Shown: positions 1 to 9,547, counted from the first letter of the stretch. The stretch: 32,000 nt of DNA from Nitrosopumilus ureiphilus (GCF_013407185.1 NZ_CP026995.1:1868954-1900953), one strand, 5' to 3'. A program made the numbers and translations. Notes: generated by a model not told the origin, from the sequence alone.

Positions 1-5
1 AAAAT

Positions 6-764
6 TTATCTAGATTTTAGCAAAGCTTTGTGAATTTTTGAACCATATTGTAATGCTTTCTTTCGTTTTGTACATGAAAGTTCTGGAACTTTGATGTCAC
101 TAGCTAATTTTCGTATAATATGTTTACGATACAAATCTTCAGAATCATGAATTTTTTCAGAGATAGGAATAGTTTTTGCATATTCAATAAATTTTTGAGA
201 TAATAAAGGTTGGAGAATTTTTACTCCAAATTCAGATGCAACAAGATTTACAGACTTCATCATTTTTAATTCATTGTCTAATTTAGATTTCATTACTTTA
301 AGAATTTGAGATTCGCCTCCAGAAAATGCTTCACGATAGGCATTGTAACCACAAAATAATTCATCTATTCCATTAGCTGTAATTACTGTATCAAGTCCTA
401 AGCTGTTTGCAAGTTTAGAAACATAATAAAAAGCAATACAGTTTTCATTCCAAGATAAATTTTCAGTTTGAATTTTTTGATTTATTTTTGAAGAAACAGC
501 AGAAAAAGTCTCTGAATCAATCTCTAAAACATGGTGAGGGTACTTTAGATATTCATTGATTTGTTTTGCAAATAAAATATCATGTGAATCAGGAAATCCA
601 ATAGTCAACAGGGTAACATCAAAATTCATGTCTGAGCATATTTTTGAAATTAATGTACTATCCACCCCCCCAGAAAAAGCAATTCCAATTTTCTTTTCTT
701 TAACAGTCTCTGAAATAGAATTTTTGATATTTTCAAGCAATTTTTTATTTGACTTATCCATCAT
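6..764 (-). CDS. PP-loop ATP pyrophosphatase, asparagine-synthase-like (adenine nucleotide alpha-hydrolase superfamily)
   Basis: 252-aa ORF with an N-terminal PP-loop motif (IGIAFSGGVDSTLISK). The exact subfamily cannot be resolved by eye. Confidence 0.7.
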   Translation of the reverse strand: MMDKSNKKLLENIKNSISETVKEKKIGIAFSGGVDSTLISKICSDMNFDVTLLTIGFPDSHDILFAKQINEYLKYPHHVLEIDSETFSAVSSKINQKIQTENLSWNENCIAFYYVSKLANSLGLDTVITANGIDELFCGYNAYREAFSGGESQILKVMKSKLDNELKMMKSVNLVASEFGVKILQPLLSQKFIEYAKTIPISEKIHDSEDLYRKHIIRKLASDIKVPELSCTKRKKALQYGSKIHKALLKSR

Positions 765-834
765 CTTTCACATCAGAAATCCCATAGAAATGTAATGAAT
801 CAATCTTTTAATTTAACATTATATCTTAAACAAT

Positions 835-1113
835 ATGATGCGATTATCCAAAGCAGATATTGATGAAGAATTAAAGAATTTACCTGGATGGAGTGTTGAA
901 AACGAAAAACTTCACAAAGAATTTCAATTTGAAAGTTTCAACCAGGCTTTTGGTTTTATGACTAGAGCAGCTATGGAGATTGAAAAAATGAATCACCATC
1001 CAGAATGGTTTAATGTATACAATAGAATCACTATAGAACTAACAACTCATGATGCTGGAGGTATCACAAAAAATGATGTTAATCTTGCCAAAATTCTAAA
1101 TTCTTTGGCATAG
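835..1113 (+). CDS. pterin-4-alpha-carbinolamine dehydratase (PCD/DCoH family)
   Basis: 92 aa, the typical size. It has the family signature LPGW...F.F..F..AF.FM..VA..AEK.NHHPEW.NVYN.V...L.THD..G.T..D...A. Confidence 0.85.
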   Translation: MMRLSKADIDEELKNLPGWSVENEKLHKEFQFESFNQAFGFMTRAAMEIEKMNHHPEWFNVYNRITIELTTHDAGGITKNDVNLAKILNSLA

Positions 1114-1182
1114 TTGTAAATGAAGCATTTCAGGCATATCCATTACAGAATTTATATTATATCCAAAGTCAAATGACTTCAA

Positions 1183-1998
1183 ATGGCAACAAGCCCTACA
1201 ATTCTAGATTCAGATTTTCGCTATATCGATAAAAAGGGGAATTTACTCAAAACCAGAACAGAATTGACAGTAGCACAAATGTTAACATTTCTTGAACGAG
1301 AATATCAATACAATCACAAGATCACATTGAAGAATGGAAATGAAGTCTTAGTTGATTTTAAAACAGAAAAAGGATTGATCGAAGTGATTGATACTGATGA
1401 AGATATTGAAAAATATAAACAAATCAAAGAAGACTTTCCTCAAGATAAAGTAATGGCAATAGGACATGCAAAATACGTTGCACAGATTAAAGAATTGCAA
1501 GATATTGTATTTTATGATAAAACACCACAAACAGGTTCGATATTTTTAGAAGATGCGTCATTCTCATTTGATTATGCACATATCCTTCCATTAGTTGAAA
1601 AATGTTCGATATTACACGGACATACATCTTCGGTAATGGTAGAACTCGTAGGACAGATGAAAGATAATTTACTTTTAGATTTTGGAGAGGCTAAAAAAAT
1701 TATCAAAGAAGTTGTAAATGTATTTGATCATAAATTTTTCATCAATAGAAAATATCTCAAGAAAGAAGATGATTCTCATTACTACATTCAATTCGAAGGT
1801 CCTAAAGGAATGTTTGATTTACAAGTTCCAAAAAATACCACATATCTTTTAGAAGGAGAAGCCACCGTAGAGAATCTCTCAAGTGAAATTATAAAATTAT
1901 TAGCGCCAAAAATGCCATCAAATGTAGAAGCAGTTGGTGTTTACATCTATGAAGGTTACAATAAAGGATCTCATATTATTTCAAATATTTCAAGATAA
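1183..1998 (+). CDS. 6-pyruvoyl-tetrahydropterin synthase (PTPS/QueD)-like protein with an unassigned ~125-aa N-terminal domain
   Basis: 271 aa. The C-terminal half carries PTPS-type motifs (FSFDYAH...CSILHGHTSSVMVEL...FDHKFF). I do not recognise the N-terminal domain. Confidence 0.65.
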   Translation: MATSPTILDSDFRYIDKKGNLLKTRTELTVAQMLTFLEREYQYNHKITLKNGNEVLVDFKTEKGLIEVIDTDEDIEKYKQIKEDFPQDKVMAIGHAKYVAQIKELQDIVFYDKTPQTGSIFLEDASFSFDYAHILPLVEKCSILHGHTSSVMVELVGQMKDNLLLDFGEAKKIIKEVVNVFDHKFFINRKYLKKEDDSHYYIQFEGPKGMFDLQVPKNTTYLLEGEATVENLSSEIIKLLAPKMPSNVEAVGVYIYEGYNKGSHIISNISR

Positions 1999-2005
1999 GT
2001 AAGAA

Positions 2006-4324
2006 ATGGAACCTAGAATATCAGAAAAAGCATGGAATCCAGAATTAGAAAAGGAAATTCTAAAACAATGGGAAGATGAAAAGATTTATGATTTTACACC
2101 CCAAGAGAATAATTATACAATAGATACTCCACCTCCATATCCTTCGGGCAGACCATGGCATATTGGAGCAGCTGCTCATTATTCTCAAATTGACATGATT
2201 GCACGTACTGCAAGAATGACTGGAAAAAATGTCTATTTTCCTATAGGAATAGACAGAAATGGATTACCAGTTGAACTGTACACTGAGAAAAAACACAATA
2301 TTAGAATGAGGGAAACAGAAAGAGGCGAATTTCTAAATCTCTGTAGAGAAGCACTGGATGATTTGGAAGCTGAAATGATTCTCATTATGAAAAGTTTGGG
2401 AATTAGTGGTGATTTTGCAAATTACTATAGAACAGATTCGGAAGAATATAGGAGTCTTACACAATCAACATTCATCGAGTTATGGAAAAAAGGACAAGTG
2501 TATCTAGCAAACAGACCTAATAATTATGATTGGGTTTCAGGCACAACCATTGCAGATGCAGAAATTACATACGAAGATTTATCCACAAAACTAGTATACA
2601 TGAAATTCAAAATAAAAGACACAGATCAAGAAATAATTATTGCAAGTACAAGACCGGAATTACTTTGTGCATGTAGAACCATCATAGTCAATCCTGAAGA
2701 CGAGAGATACATACAGTATATTGGAAAAAAAGTAATTGTTCCAATAACAAATGTTGAGGTTGAATTAAAAACACATCACTCTGCAAAGCAAGAATTTGGT
2801 TCAGGAGCTGTTATGGTATGTAGTTATGGTGATCAAAACGATGTGGCATTGTTTAGAGAATTAGAACTAGATGAGATCGTCGCAATTGGATTAGATGGAA
2901 AAATGACAGAAGTTGCAGGAGAATATGCAGGATTAAAACCAAAACAAGCAAGAACAAAAATCATAGAAGATTTAGAAACTAAAGGATTTTTAGAAAAAAT
3001 TGAAGATATTATTCACAGAACACCAATTTCGGAGAGAAGTAAGATTCCAATTGAAATTATTCCAATGGAAGAATATTATCTAAAGCAAAAAGAAGCAGTT
3101 GAAAAAATCAAAAAATTAGGGCAAGAAATAACATTTCATCCATCAATGCATAAACAGATTCTGATGAATTGGTTAGAATCTATTAATATTGACTGGCCAA
3201 TTTCAAGAAGAAGGTATTATGGTACTGAAATCCCAATTTGGTACTGTAAAAATTGCTCAGAGCCCCATGTTCCTGAGCCTGGAAAGTACTACAGACCTTG
3301 GAATGAAAAATGTCCAATTAGCAATTGTATGAAATGTGATTCTACTGAATTTATTGGTGAGGAACGAACCTTTGACACATGGATGGATTCAAGTGTATCT
3401 CCACTCTTCATTTGCAAATTTAACAGAGATAAAGAATTTTTTAAAAAAGTATACCCAGCCTCGATTAGACCTCAAGCAAAAGATATTGTTAGAACATGGT
3501 TATACTATACACTTCTAAGATGTGAGCAGTTAACAGGGGAAAAACCATGGTCTGAAGCATGGATTATGGGATATGGTTTAGATGAAAAAGGAATGAAAAT
3601 GAGCAAGAGTAAAGGAAATGCAATAGATCCATTACCAGTAATTGAAAAATTGGGTGCGGACACTTTTAGATTCTGGAGTGCAAGTGAAATTAATCACGGG
3701 TATGATTTTAGATGTAATGAACAAAAAATTGAATCAAGTAAAAAATTTCTCAGTAAATTATGGAATGTATCAAGATTTTTGTCTAGTTTTCCTGTAATTA
3801 AATCAGGAAATATTACAGCATCAGATAAATGGATTTTATCAGAATTAGATAATTTAGTAAAAGAATGCAAGAAAGGATATGATGAATACAACTTTTTCAT
3901 TCCTGCAATTGCAATAAGAGAATTCACATGGAATTTATTTGCAGCACATTATATCGAGATGGTAAAAGCAAGAGCTTATGGAATTGATTTCACTGATGAA
4001 GAGAGAGACGGAGCAATATTTACACTGCATAAAACATTATCAACAGTTTTAAAACTTCTAGCTCCAATCACTCCGTTTATTACCGAATATTTATGGAAGA
4101 TTTTGTATTCAGAAAAAAGTATTCATAAAGAAAAACAAGTTGATTCTGAAAATCTTGAAGAACAAAGTAACATCACTAAAGAAATTACTGAATTTAATTC
4201 GAAAGTTTGGAATGAGAAAAAAGATCAAGGACTATCATTAAAAGATTCAATTAAAATTGAAATTCCTGCTATTCTAGAACCATTCAAAAAAGATTTGAAA
4301 TCCATGCATAATTTGTTGGATTGA
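2006..4324 (+). CDS. valS: class I aminoacyl-tRNA synthetase, most likely valyl-tRNA synthetase
   Basis: 772 aa with a HIGH-like region (PWHIGAAAHY), an exact KMSKS (GMKMSKSKGN), a CP1 editing-size insert, a zinc knuckle (WYCKNC...CMKCDS) and FDTWMDSS. Size and motifs fit archaeal ValRS better than IleRS or LeuRS. Confidence 0.7.
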   Translation: MEPRISEKAWNPELEKEILKQWEDEKIYDFTPQENNYTIDTPPPYPSGRPWHIGAAAHYSQIDMIARTARMTGKNVYFPIGIDRNGLPVELYTEKKHNIRMRETERGEFLNLCREALDDLEAEMILIMKSLGISGDFANYYRTDSEEYRSLTQSTFIELWKKGQVYLANRPNNYDWVSGTTIADAEITYEDLSTKLVYMKFKIKDTDQEIIIASTRPELLCACRTIIVNPEDERYIQYIGKKVIVPITNVEVELKTHHSAKQEFGSGAVMVCSYGDQNDVALFRELELDEIVAIGLDGKMTEVAGEYAGLKPKQARTKIIEDLETKGFLEKIEDIIHRTPISERSKIPIEIIPMEEYYLKQKEAVEKIKKLGQEITFHPSMHKQILMNWLESINIDWPISRRRYYGTEIPIWYCKNCSEPHVPEPGKYYRPWNEKCPISNCMKCDSTEFIGEERTFDTWMDSSVSPLFICKFNRDKEFFKKVYPASIRPQAKDIVRTWLYYTLLRCEQLTGEKPWSEAWIMGYGLDEKGMKMSKSKGNAIDPLPVIEKLGADTFRFWSASEINHGYDFRCNEQKIESSKKFLSKLWNVSRFLSSFPVIKSGNITASDKWILSELDNLVKECKKGYDEYNFFIPAIAIREFTWNLFAAHYIEMVKARAYGIDFTDEERDGAIFTLHKTLSTVLKLLAPITPFITEYLWKILYSEKSIHKEKQVDSENLEEQSNITKEITEFNSKVWNEKKDQGLSLKDSIKIEIPAILEPFKKDLKSMHNLLD

Positions 4325-4326
4325 GC

Positions 4327-5016
4327 TTATTGGATCTCTAAAATTCCATGAGTAATCAAGTATTGGATTCCCTGAATGAATGCCACATCATCTATTTGTC
4401 CATCAGCCCACCATCCAGCATTATTCTTAATCCATGATGGAATCCCACTTCCAGATGATTCTCCTGATTCTGTTTGAGGAATAGTCATAATATTCTCAAT
4501 AATCAAGTATTGGATTCCCTGAATGAATGCCACATCATCTATTTGTCCATCAGCCCACCATCCAGCATTATTCTTAATCCATGATGGAATTTCAGATTCC
4601 GTTGAAAATGTATTTAATGCATCGGTTCCTATAATATCAATTACTGAATCACCAGAAAAAAATGGAATTACAAGTGTTCTAGAATTTGAATTTGAATTTA
4701 TTTCTGCATAATCAGTTTCAAAGCCATCAACTAAAATGAAAAATACATCATCTGACGTATCAAATTTTGCATCTAATAGATTCCTTGGAATAGTAATTTC
4801 AATAGTCCCATCAGATGTCGTATCCATTGTTATGATTAATTCAATAAAATCAGGATCTAAGAAGATCGATTCAAGAATCCCATTTTCAATATTATAATCA
4901 ACATCAAACGAATCAACAGAAACAGAACCTATCTCACCAAAAGAGAAAGAAGGAAATGAAAACAAAAGAATTGAAAAAATGAAACCGTATAAGAAAAATT
5001 TATTTTTCGTGATCAT
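4327..5016 (-). CDS. secreted protein with two C-terminal copies of a ~35-aa 'IPSWIKNNAGWWADGQIDDVAFIQGIQYLI' module
   Basis: 229 aa with an N-terminal signal/anchor (FFLYGFIFSILLFSFPSFSFG). It has two identical C-terminal modules and starts 2 nt downstream of the preceding secreted-protein gene. Confidence 0.7.
   Translation of the reverse strand: MITKNKFFLYGFIFSILLFSFPSFSFGEIGSVSVDSFDVDYNIENGILESIFLDPDFIELIITMDTTSDGTIEITIPRNLLDAKFDTSDDVFFILVDGFETDYAEINSNSNSRTLVIPFFSGDSVIDIIGTDALNTFSTESEIPSWIKNNAGWWADGQIDDVAFIQGIQYLIIENIMTIPQTESGESSGSGIPSWIKNNAGWWADGQIDDVAFIQGIQYLITHGILEIQ
4353..4590. repeat. perfect 91-bp direct repeat (4353-4443 and 4500-4590), offset 147 nt, inside the CDS
   Basis: The two copies are identical base for base on reading. 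They encode the duplicated WW-module. The offset of 147 nt equals 49 codons. Confidence 0.9.
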
Positions 5017-5018
5017 TA

Positions 5019-6176
5019 TTAATTCCCGCTAATGCCGACATCTTCAGTTAATTCAACAGTTATTTCATTACCAGTAGAATTATCTGGTGAGTCATCTGTT
5101 GATGAAACGGTTCTAGTTAAAGTTCCAGTTCCATCTAAAAACCACAAACCAGAAATTTTACTTTGAGGTCCTAAAATTGAAACTTTAGTGGAATCTTCAA
5201 TATCACCTATAGGGAAATCAGCATTTAATGAAATTTTAAGCATAGAATGTACTTCTTCAAGAACATCATCTTCTAGGAATGCAAGAATTACAAGTGAATC
5301 TTTTGCTCCAGAATTTCCTGCAGTTCTAGCTTTTCCAAAACCACAATTGTAAGGAATACCATCTACAGAAATATAACAATCTTGTAATTCCAATTTTAGA
5401 TTAGATTTACTCTTGTCAAATGTATTGAAATTCATAAAACCTTCAAGAGTAGATGATTGAGTTTTATCATGGATTTCTGTTGCCTCAACTGAATCAAAAA
5501 CAAGATTATATGTTTCAGTTGTAGTTGATGCACCAATTTTATCACCTAAATAATCACCATCATTAATTTTATCAAGAATTTTTTGTGTTCTATAATCTAA
5601 TTTTTCTTGTTTTTCTTCAAGTTTTTTACGAATTTCTTCTGATTTTTTACCAAGTTTATCTGTTAATTTTGGGACATCAGTTGAAAGATTTTCAGCATCT
5701 CCTGAAAAATCAGATTCAATTCTATTTTGATATTTTTCTTTAATTTCTCTTAATTTCTCTTCATATTTATTTATTTTTTCAGATAATTTTTCCGCAAGTT
5801 TTTTTCTATCAAAATCTAGCTTTCTTTTCTTTTCTTCTAGTTTTTGTTTTCTTTCTTCAGCTTTTTGTTTTTTCTCTTCTTCTAGTTTTTGTTTTCTTTC
5901 TTCAGCTTTTTGTTTTTTCTCTTCTTCTAGTTTTTGTTTTCTTTCTTCAGCTTTTTGTTTTTTCTCTTCTTCTTTTTCTTTTAGTGTTTGTTTTCTTTCT
6001 TCAGCTTTTTGTTTTTTCTCTTCTTCTTTTTCTATTTGTTTTTGATATGCATCTGAATCTTCTCTACTTACAGAAAGATTATCATCTGCAAAAGAATCTT
6101 CAATTGAAAATTGTCCAAGAATCCCTCCTAACAAAATTGAGGTCAAAATACCAGATAACACAAATTTTTTGTCCAT
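5019..6176 (-). CDS. secreted/anchored protein with a charged EEEKKQKAEERKQKL coiled-coil repeat region and a beta-rich C-terminal domain
   Basis: 385 aa with an N-terminal hydrophobic segment (FVLSGILTSILLGGILGQF) and long K/E-rich repeats. It probably forms an operon with 4327-5016. Confidence 0.7.
   Translation of the reverse strand: MDKKFVLSGILTSILLGGILGQFSIEDSFADDNLSVSREDSDAYQKQIEKEEEKKQKAEERKQTLKEKEEEKKQKAEERKQKLEEEKKQKAEERKQKLEEEKKQKAEERKQKLEEKKRKLDFDRKKLAEKLSEKINKYEEKLREIKEKYQNRIESDFSGDAENLSTDVPKLTDKLGKKSEEIRKKLEEKQEKLDYRTQKILDKINDGDYLGDKIGASTTTETYNLVFDSVEATEIHDKTQSSTLEGFMNFNTFDKSKSNLKLELQDCYISVDGIPYNCGFGKARTAGNSGAKDSLVILAFLEDDVLEEVHSMLKISLNADFPIGDIEDSTKVSILGPQSKISGLWFLDGTGTLTRTVSSTDDSPDNSTGNEITVELTEDVGISGN
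5836..6030. repeat. 45-nt (15-codon) tandem repeat: three perfect units (5836-5970) plus a diverged unit
   Basis: The unit tctagtttttgttttctttcttcagctttttgttttttctcttct recurs at 5836, 5881 and 5926. It is in frame and coding, with no CRISPR-like spacers. Confidence 0.85.
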
Positions 6177-6234
6177 TTTATTAGCTCGGCTAGATAATCA
6201 TTAAAAAGAATTGCTTACAAATCATCATTTTGGG

Positions 6235-6852
6235 TTAATTTTTGAAAGATTTTACAAGATTGATGAAATATTTGTGTAGTGAAATATCTTTTGTGAGTTC
6301 AGGGTGAAATGCAGTTCCAATCACATTACCCTTTTTCACTGCAACAACACGATCATTGAATTTTGCTAATATTTCCACATCAGAACCAACATCAGAGACA
6401 GATGGTGCTCGGATAAACACTCCATTGAATTTTGGGATATTAATTGAATCTAAAGAAACATCAGCTTCAAATGATTCTTTTTGTCGTCCAAATGAATTCC
6501 TCTCTAATTTAATATCAAGTATATTCAAAAGAGGTTGATCAGTTTTACCTACAATACGATCACTTGCAGTATTTGATAGTATTATCATTCCAGCACAAAT
6601 TCCAAGTACTGGCATCCCATTTTCAATTTTTTCCTTTAGAACCTTTAGTGATCCATTTACCAAAGAAAGTTGGCCTATAGTAGTACTTTCACCACCAGGA
6701 ATTATCAAACCATCCAACTGTGAGATATCCTCAGGAGTTTTAACGGATCTTACTTTTCCGTCTATTCCCAATTCATCTATTGCAGCTTTTGCAGATAAGA
6801 TATTTTCTTGAACATCTCCTTGGATTGATAAAACACCAACATCAAGACTCAT
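6235..6852 (-). CDS. pdxT: pyridoxal 5'-phosphate synthase, glutaminase subunit
   Basis: 205 aa with the motifs [17 protein letters not shown], the nucleophile region GICAGMIIL and AFHPELT. There is a 4-nt stop/start overlap with pdxS. Confidence 0.9.
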   Translation of the reverse strand: MSLDVGVLSIQGDVQENILSAKAAIDELGIDGKVRSVKTPEDISQLDGLIIPGGESTTIGQLSLVNGSLKVLKEKIENGMPVLGICAGMIILSNTASDRIVGKTDQPLLNILDIKLERNSFGRQKESFEADVSLDSINIPKFNGVFIRAPSVSDVGSDVEILAKFNDRVVAVKKGNVIGTAFHPELTKDISLHKYFINLVKSFKN

Positions 6853-7817
6853 GATGAGCCACCACGATCTTGCATACGTAACTCTAATGTTTTTACATCC
6901 AAGCCTATCATAGATTGTCTTTCATCAATCATTTTTTGTGCTTCTTTTACTTTGTCAGATTCATTCCAAAAAGTCGTAGCCAAAACTATTGCTCTTGCTC
7001 TTTCTTTTGCATCATCTGCATTAAAAATTCCAGAACCTACAAAAATTCCATCACATCCAAGAGACATCAAATATGCAGCATCTGCAGGCGTTGCAATTCC
7101 ACCAGCTGCAAAATTTACAACAGGCAATCTTCCAAGTTTTGCAGTTTGTTGAACAATATCATAAGATACTTTGAATTCTCGTGCAATTCTAACTAAATCT
7201 TGATTATCGCCAGAATCATAGATTGCCTTTATTATTCTTAATTCATCATTTACTTTTTTAATATGGGTTACTGCTTCTGCAACATTTCCAGTACCTGGTT
7301 CTCCTTTTGTTCGAATCATTGATGCACCTTCCTCAATTCTTCTTAAAGCTTCAGCTAAAGATCTAGCACCATTAACAACAGGTGTTGTAAAATCCCATTT
7401 CCAAATATGATGAAATTCATCAGCAGGTGTAAGAACTTCTGATTCATCTATCATATCAACATCAGTTTCTTGAAGAATTAATGCTTCATTCACATGGCCA
7501 ATTCTACATTTGGCCATAACTGGAATTGTAACAGAATCCATTATATCTTCAATAATTCTAATACTTGCAGTTCGTGCAACTCCACCAGCTTTTCTGACTT
7601 CTGATGGAAGTTTGTCTAAAACCATTACAGATACTGCCCCAGCCTCTTCAGCAATTTGAGCTTGCTCTACAGTTGTAACATCCATTACTACTCCATTTTT
7701 TAGCATATGAGCAAAACCTCGTTTAACGGTAGAAGAACCACGCAAGGTATCAATAGAGTTTATTTTATCTGAAACTATTCCTTTGGCATCTAATCGTTCA
7801 CCAGATAACGGAAGCAT
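6849..7817 (-). CDS. pdxS: pyridoxal 5'-phosphate synthase, synthase subunit
   Basis: 322 aa with [35 protein letters not shown] and [17 protein letters not shown], typical of PdxS/SNZ. It lies upstream of pdxT. Confidence 0.9.
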   Translation of the reverse strand: MLPLSGERLDAKGIVSDKINSIDTLRGSSTVKRGFAHMLKNGVVMDVTTVEQAQIAEEAGAVSVMVLDKLPSEVRKAGGVARTASIRIIEDIMDSVTIPVMAKCRIGHVNEALILQETDVDMIDESEVLTPADEFHHIWKWDFTTPVVNGARSLAEALRRIEEGASMIRTKGEPGTGNVAEAVTHIKKVNDELRIIKAIYDSGDNQDLVRIAREFKVSYDIVQQTAKLGRLPVVNFAAGGIATPADAAYLMSLGCDGIFVGSGIFNADDAKERARAIVLATTFWNESDKVKEAQKMIDERQSMIGLDVKTLELRMQDRGGSS

Positions 7818-7847
7818 GTTCTAATTTTTACTAAAGACTATTTGTAC

Positions 7848-8381
7848 CTATTCACTAATTTCAGAAATAATCTGATCAAGTTCAGATTGAACCATAATAA
7901 TTATTGGAGGAATAAAATCTGAAGTAGCGTTTTGTTCAGGCCAATGAATTTGATTTACACGACCGTTGAGAGTAATTTTTACATTTGATTTCTGATACTC
8001 AGTTGCATTTTCTAGAATTGAAAATGATTCAGATGGAATAGCAATAAAACCAGTTTCTTTAATTAGTGCTTTTAATTTCTCTAGTTTTTCTTTATCAAGT
8101 TTTGAACGAATATCAGGCTGGAGGTATCCTTGTTCGGTTACCGAATATTTGATATCACCATCATTTTTAATATAAAGAATTTCAGTTTTTTGTGCTCCAA
8201 CTCTCTCTGTAATACCGTAAGAAATTTTCTTTAACTGGTGTTTCGTATATTCAATTTCTATTTTATCAGCAGAATTTGCCGCAGAAGTTGGGATTTCATT
8301 TTTAGTAAGTAATGGAACTGAAATTAAAATCGCCACAATTACAGGAATTGCGCCTAATGCCAAGTAAATTGGTTTCACCAT
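7848..8381 (-). CDS. membrane-anchored hypothetical protein
   Basis: 177 aa with a single N-terminal transmembrane segment (IYLALGAIPVIVAILISVPLL). No family recognised. Confidence 0.55.
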   Translation of the reverse strand: MVKPIYLALGAIPVIVAILISVPLLTKNEIPTSAANSADKIEIEYTKHQLKKISYGITERVGAQKTEILYIKNDGDIKYSVTEQGYLQPDIRSKLDKEKLEKLKALIKETGFIAIPSESFSILENATEYQKSNVKITLNGRVNQIHWPEQNATSDFIPPIIIMVQSELDQIISEISE

Positions 8382-8471
8382 GATTAACTAACAAATACAA
8401 ATTGATGTTGATTGCAAATAAATCTTGGTTAAAAATAACTTAAAATTCAAGTCTTTTTCATTCTTGTTTGT

Positions 8472-8625
8472 GGGGTCGTAGCCTAGCCTGGTAGGGCGAC
8501 AGTGTCTACGAAAAAGATCACCGCTAAGGGCTCCAAAGGTTAACTAAGCTAAACTGACTCACGGATGATGTAAGTTTGGAGCTGTAGTGACCCGTAGGTC
8601 GCCGGTTCGATTCCGGTCGGCCCCA
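8472..8625 (+). tRNA. tRNA-Trp(CCA) with two predicted introns (8501-8527 at position 28/29; ~8538-8590 at 37/38 or 38/39)
   Basis: Hand-folded. Acceptor GGGGTCG/CGGCCCC, T arm GCCGG-TTCGATT-CCGGT. After removing 27-nt and 53-nt inserts, the anticodon arm is ACGGG-CTCCAAA-CCCGT with variable loop AGGTC, giving a canonical 74-nt cloverleaf. Confidence 0.75.
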
Positions 8626-9106
8626 CGTACTATACGGGTTCATATGGTAAAAGCTAGAATTTATTTTTAGAACATAATCTTCAAAAATCTTGGTTAAAAT
8701 TCACCAAAAAATTGTTATGCAAAAATTACTAGTTTTTGATTTTATTGTATCTAGAGTTCAAATTGTAATGAGAGCATGATGTTATTGGGGTATAGACAAG
8801 CCCCTCTCATTTGACCATTAGTGAAAACTATGTGGAAATCAAAGCACAAAGATAACAATTTACATCACAAAAAAATGTAGGGACTTGAACTGATTAGAAA
8901 AAGCCCCTCGAGAGAATTTAATTTCAAATCTTGATCGTAATATGTAAAATAAAATGTTCTTTTTGACTTTCCGTTTTAAAAAATATCAAAAAATTAGGTT
9001 TAATTCAAATTATACTACAAAAAAACTTATTTCAAATTTTTTCAATTAAAAACACATGATCTGCTAAAAATAATGAATTTATGTGTAAAAAAATTAAAAA
9101 ATATTC

Positions 9107-9547
9107 TCAGGGATAATATTCACTTAATACCACTGATTTAGATATTCGATTAGAATTACTTGTAATCTTACCTTGATGTAAAGCATCAGTAACTACTTTC
9201 ATCAAAATTGTACGGTTCATAGGTTTTGAAATAAAGCTAAAGGCACCTAATTTCATCAGATAATTGATTGTGGTTTGATCATCTTTCCAAGCACTAATCA
9301 TAATCACTCTTGTATCCTTATCATTTTTTCGAATATATTCTAAAACTTTTGAACCATCAAGATTTGGCATCACATAATCCAATAAAATCAAATCCGGCCG
9401 ATATTTTACATATAACTTTAATCCCTCTACTCCATCTTTTGCTTCACAAATTCGAGCAAGTCGTACAGATTTCTTAATTATATCATGACAAAATGATCTA
9501 AATACTTTAGAATCGTCAATTATTAAAATAATCGGATATTTTCGCAT
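9107..9547 (-). CDS. stand-alone response-regulator receiver domain (CheY-like)
   Basis: 146 aa with ILIIDDS, the phospho-acceptor context DLILLDYVMPNLDG, VIMISAW and FISKP. It has no output domain and there is no adjacent kinase. Confidence 0.85.
   Translation of the reverse strand: MRKYPIILIIDDSKVFRSFCHDIIKKSVRLARICEAKDGVEGLKLYVKYRPDLILLDYVMPNLDGSKVLEYIRKNDKDTRVIMISAWKDDQTTINYLMKLGAFSFISKPMNRTILMKVVTDALHQGKITSNSNRISKSVVLSEYYP

Noticed and set aside
556-795. Short antisense or overlapping track ORFs inside well-supported genes (for example 556-795, 1348-1530, 3336-3518, 3694-3927, 4523-4711, 5984-6184, 6356-6538, 6915-7196, 6952-7152, 16262-16585, 16628-16831, 17467-17757, 18844-19128, 19817-20107, 21387-21632, 21891-22079, 23021-23242, 24494-24679, 30332-30544, 31648-31896)
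   Set aside because: All lie within or opposite longer ORFs with clear family motifs. Their sequences are low-complexity and typical of antisense frames.
5836-6030. Tandem repeats here and at 25778-25939 as possible CRISPR arrays
   Set aside because: The units are contiguous with no spacers, in frame and inside long ORFs. The periods are 45 and 27 nt, and there are no cas genes.
8472-8625. Alternative readings of this tRNA: type II (long variable arm, stem ACAGT/GCTGT) or a CUA-anticodon suppressor/Pyl-like tRNA (loop GTCTACG)
   Set aside because: Both give non-canonical loops (G32, pyrimidine at position 37) or a class II arm on a Trp-like body. The two-intron model yields a flawless class I cloverleaf with CCA.
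8798-8909. Repeated 9-mer AAGCCCCTC (8798-8806 and 8901-8909) in the 480-nt non-coding gap after tRNA-Trp
   Set aside because: By my estimate, the chance of some 9-mer recurring within 480 nt is roughly 40%. There is no extended similarity or convincing hairpin.
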